NCBI GenBank assembly: GCA_973851085.1
Contig: OZ316776.1
Span: 15,562,001 to 15,626,000, forward strand
Origin: Ptychomitrium polyphyllum
Lineage: Eukaryota
Reading direction: 5' to 3'
Length of the DNA: 64,000 nt
The notes beneath the pieces were generated by a model, which was given only the letters and a program-made list of their open reading frames with translations, was not told the origin of the DNA and searched no databases. Shown one piece after another: positions 61,192-64,000 of this stretch. A program made the translations under genes and the position numbers. Positions within the stretch are counted from its first letter, which is position 1; each line of letters starts with the position of its first letter.

Positions 61192-63952
61192 TTATTGCAT
61201 CAAAACATAAAACTCGTTCACTTTGTCATTTATAGCGGAGGCCTCAGCAGTCACGGCACTGTCACTAAGCGAGGAGTCAGAATTGACATGGTGAACTTTC
61301 TCATGCGCCTCTGCTGCTTTCTGAAACTTGTTGACAAAATCTTGAAGCTCCAGCTTCCGTGACATGACAGCCTCTTCAGAAGGTGGGGGCTTGAGACCAA
61401 GGCGCCGGATGCCAACCCAACAGGAGACAGCGCCAAGCAGAAACAAGATAAAGGAAAAGATAGCGAAGGCGTAGGGGGAGTCGCTATTCCCTGGAATGCC
61501 ATCAACGTTGATACCAAAGAGGCCAACAATGACCGAAAGAACGAGCCCACTTCCACCAATCACTGACAAATTGTGTGTCACTCGGACACTCCGTTCTTGC
61601 AGCTTCTGCCTCACATTGCTTTGCATCACGTCTTGGACCGTGAACAGACGGTCCCTAACTGCATCCTGCTCTTCCAACATCTCTCGAGTCTTCTTGTGAA
61701 CCTTCTTTAGAATTTCCAGTGCATCATCCCTCTTCAGGTGGGTCCTGAGCTCATGAATTATCTCCTCTCGCGCATGCAACGACCATTTTATACTAATGAC
61801 CTGGCATATGAGAATATCATTTGAACATGAGAAATTCAACCCACTCACAAGAGTCTAGAGTAAAGGAAACAGCCAGGACCATTTAGATACATGACATGTC
61901 TTGGCTCTTACCAAGGATAGCCAACGTATATGCCAATATAATAGAGAAGTACCTCAGTGGCAAGACGGCGTATTTCTTGATTCAAAATAATGCTCAGCAG
62001 CGCCAAATCCTCGTTCGATTTCCTGTTCATAAATTTCTCGCTTGATTTAGTTATGAAATTGCTTTACTACACGATAGACATACGCAAAGGAAATGTGTTC
62101 TCATGAAAACCTGATTCATTTTAACAGAATAATCACTGAGATGAGTACTAATGTCATCACGCACCTATTGACATACTTCAACTCAATTTCATCAGCTGCA
62201 CCAAAAAAATGTTTTCGTGACATCCTGCACGAAAGATATTCATGAGGTTAGTCAACAAAAAGTGACAGGTTTTATGTTTACTTCCCAACCAATTCGTAGA
62301 GTTATGCTTTTCTTGCCACTTACCGATCATCCCATGTGGCAAGGCGGCTCGTAAGCTGGGCAACAACTTCTTGCACACACTTGGGAGCCTCAGAGCCACC
62401 CGCACCCACTAAATCCTGCAACAGTAGCGCAGGTATGTCGGTCAATTTCTTAAAGCTTCTCTTACGACCGATACGTCTAACCTTTAAAATGATCATCCAC
62501 ATTTAAACTAAGGCATAACTAGATATGAGTAAGGGGTTCAAGTAAGACTAAAGATGGTAACATAGAGGTACAGGGAGTGTATAATACTTGGACTTCCAAA
62601 ACACCGAGCACGTTAAGATTAGGAACAATGCCCTTGACGTGCATCGATGTGATCAAGAAATTTTGTGATTGCCATGAACGAAAGACCACAGGTACGTCCT
62701 CTTCACTACGAGTTGGATCACCCACAGAATGTCCAGTGAGCTCAAACAGCAAACCTCCTGCCACTCGTACAGGTACCTAGAACATTTTCTTCAGTGTCAA
62801 CCACCCTGAGGCTTGGAAAAGGAATATAGTCATGTCATTTGTGGCAGAAACATCACTGCAGAAATGTTTTAATCAGTAGGTAAAAATTTTAAACACAAAG
62901 AAAAGTGGGGACCTCGTAGAGCAGATGTTTCATTCGGTCACTTATAAGTCGTTTCTCATCTCGAAGAGCAACGCTAACAGCAGGATGCAGCCACTGTGCA
63001 CTTTGAAAGAACTGTTGGATTTTGGGATGTCTGGCATCCACATGACACCAGAACGTCGGCCCTGCCCGCATTTGCCAGTAAGGTTGCGCTATATCCGCAA
63101 CGCTAAGAGTATCATCGTCGTCAGAAAATGCTTCGTCCGTAGACCAGTCCGTATCAGTCTATGGGCAACAACCAATTTGTAAATGGAAGGCATACGAATG
63201 ATCACCACACAAGCCCAAACAATTAATGCCAGATGGTTGAGTATCTGTAAGGGTGAAAATATTCCACTCTAGTAAAGAAACCGAAATCGAAGAAATTAAT
63301 TGAAATCCAAATTAGCAATTCTCCAATTTGAGCTATAACTTCGCCGTCTTTGATAATGGACTTCAATTGAAAATATAATAAAATTATTTCACCACTACAG
63401 CAAGCTAAGGAGACACAAATGAACTCTAGAACAAAATAAACTGCTTCTCCACACGTCAAACCATCTTCCAGAGAAGAGGCACTTGCACGATGCTGATGTC
63501 CAGTGAAAAGGCAAAGAACTAAGTTTGAAGTAATAGGAAGTCAATCTGCAAAGATCAATTATCACCTGTATTGCTTGAAACAACTCAGCAAGCCGGTTCC
63601 AACCAATAGGGATCCATTGATTACTCAATCCCTTCCTCCCCTTACTCGGGAGATGACAAAGTGGACCGCCACGGCTTGGACTCGATGTGCTCACAGCGTT
63701 CTCATCATCTTTCTTCGGCATAGCAAGCCCTTCAAGGTCATATCTCGAACTACCTGGTGCCGACTTTAGAGACTTCTCTCCTGAGTTTTCTAATAATGCA
63801 GAAGGTTGTTTCAGAGAGATTTCCGCATCAAACCTCCCTTGGACAGGTCCTTGGCTGTTGAATTCGCCACCCACTTTAATCTTTTTGGAATGAGGAGGAA
63901 TATATTCGTACGCACAAAGTAATCCATCCCGCCATAAGTCTGATGTACCCAT
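61192..63952 (-). CDS. CorA/ZntB-like divalent cation transporter family protein, about 7 exons; may extend past the right edge
   Basis: Exons ~63952-63566, 63175-62913, 62777-62589, 62416-62324, 62224-62165, 62022-61953, 61800-61192. Motifs LWRDGLLCAYE, FWCHVDARHP, VPVRVAGGLLFEL, and two C-terminal TM helices around GLFGINVDGIPG. Confidence 0.88.
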
Positions 63953-64000
63953 GCTGACACCTTCGGAGAACACAAATACGGCAGGTCACGGCCTGTTGGA

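Overview
Eukaryotic, intron-rich plant DNA, most likely a moss (inferred from gene content, intron style and decayed chromodomain-bearing Ty3/gypsy elements). Two gene islands flank an AT-rich transposon block. The left island (1-26 kb) holds the end of an acidic ORF with apparently broken downstream exons, a patatin-like phospholipase (+), a probably secreted SMP-30/gluconolactonase resembling fungal or bacterial lactonohydrolases (+), a LysM protein (-) and a CSLC glucan synthase (-). The middle (27-55 kb) holds two old, oppositely oriented chromovirus-type Ty3/gypsy copies. One carries a nested solo LTR; the other carries a GC-rich LTR-like insert. The right island (55-64 kb) holds a divergent tocopherol-cyclase-like gene with a perfect 28-bp inverted repeat just past its stop codon, a DUF506 pseudogene and a CorA-like transporter (-). 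The most notable observations are: (1) both retroelements share an extra ORF of about 120-130 codons between the chromodomain and the 3' LTR, aligning without gaps; (2) one element has a Tf1-type self-priming site next to a tRNA-iMet-like PBS relic; (3) two enzymes look microbial in type. No CRISPR, rRNA or tRNA was recognised. Exon boundaries were read by eye and are approximate.
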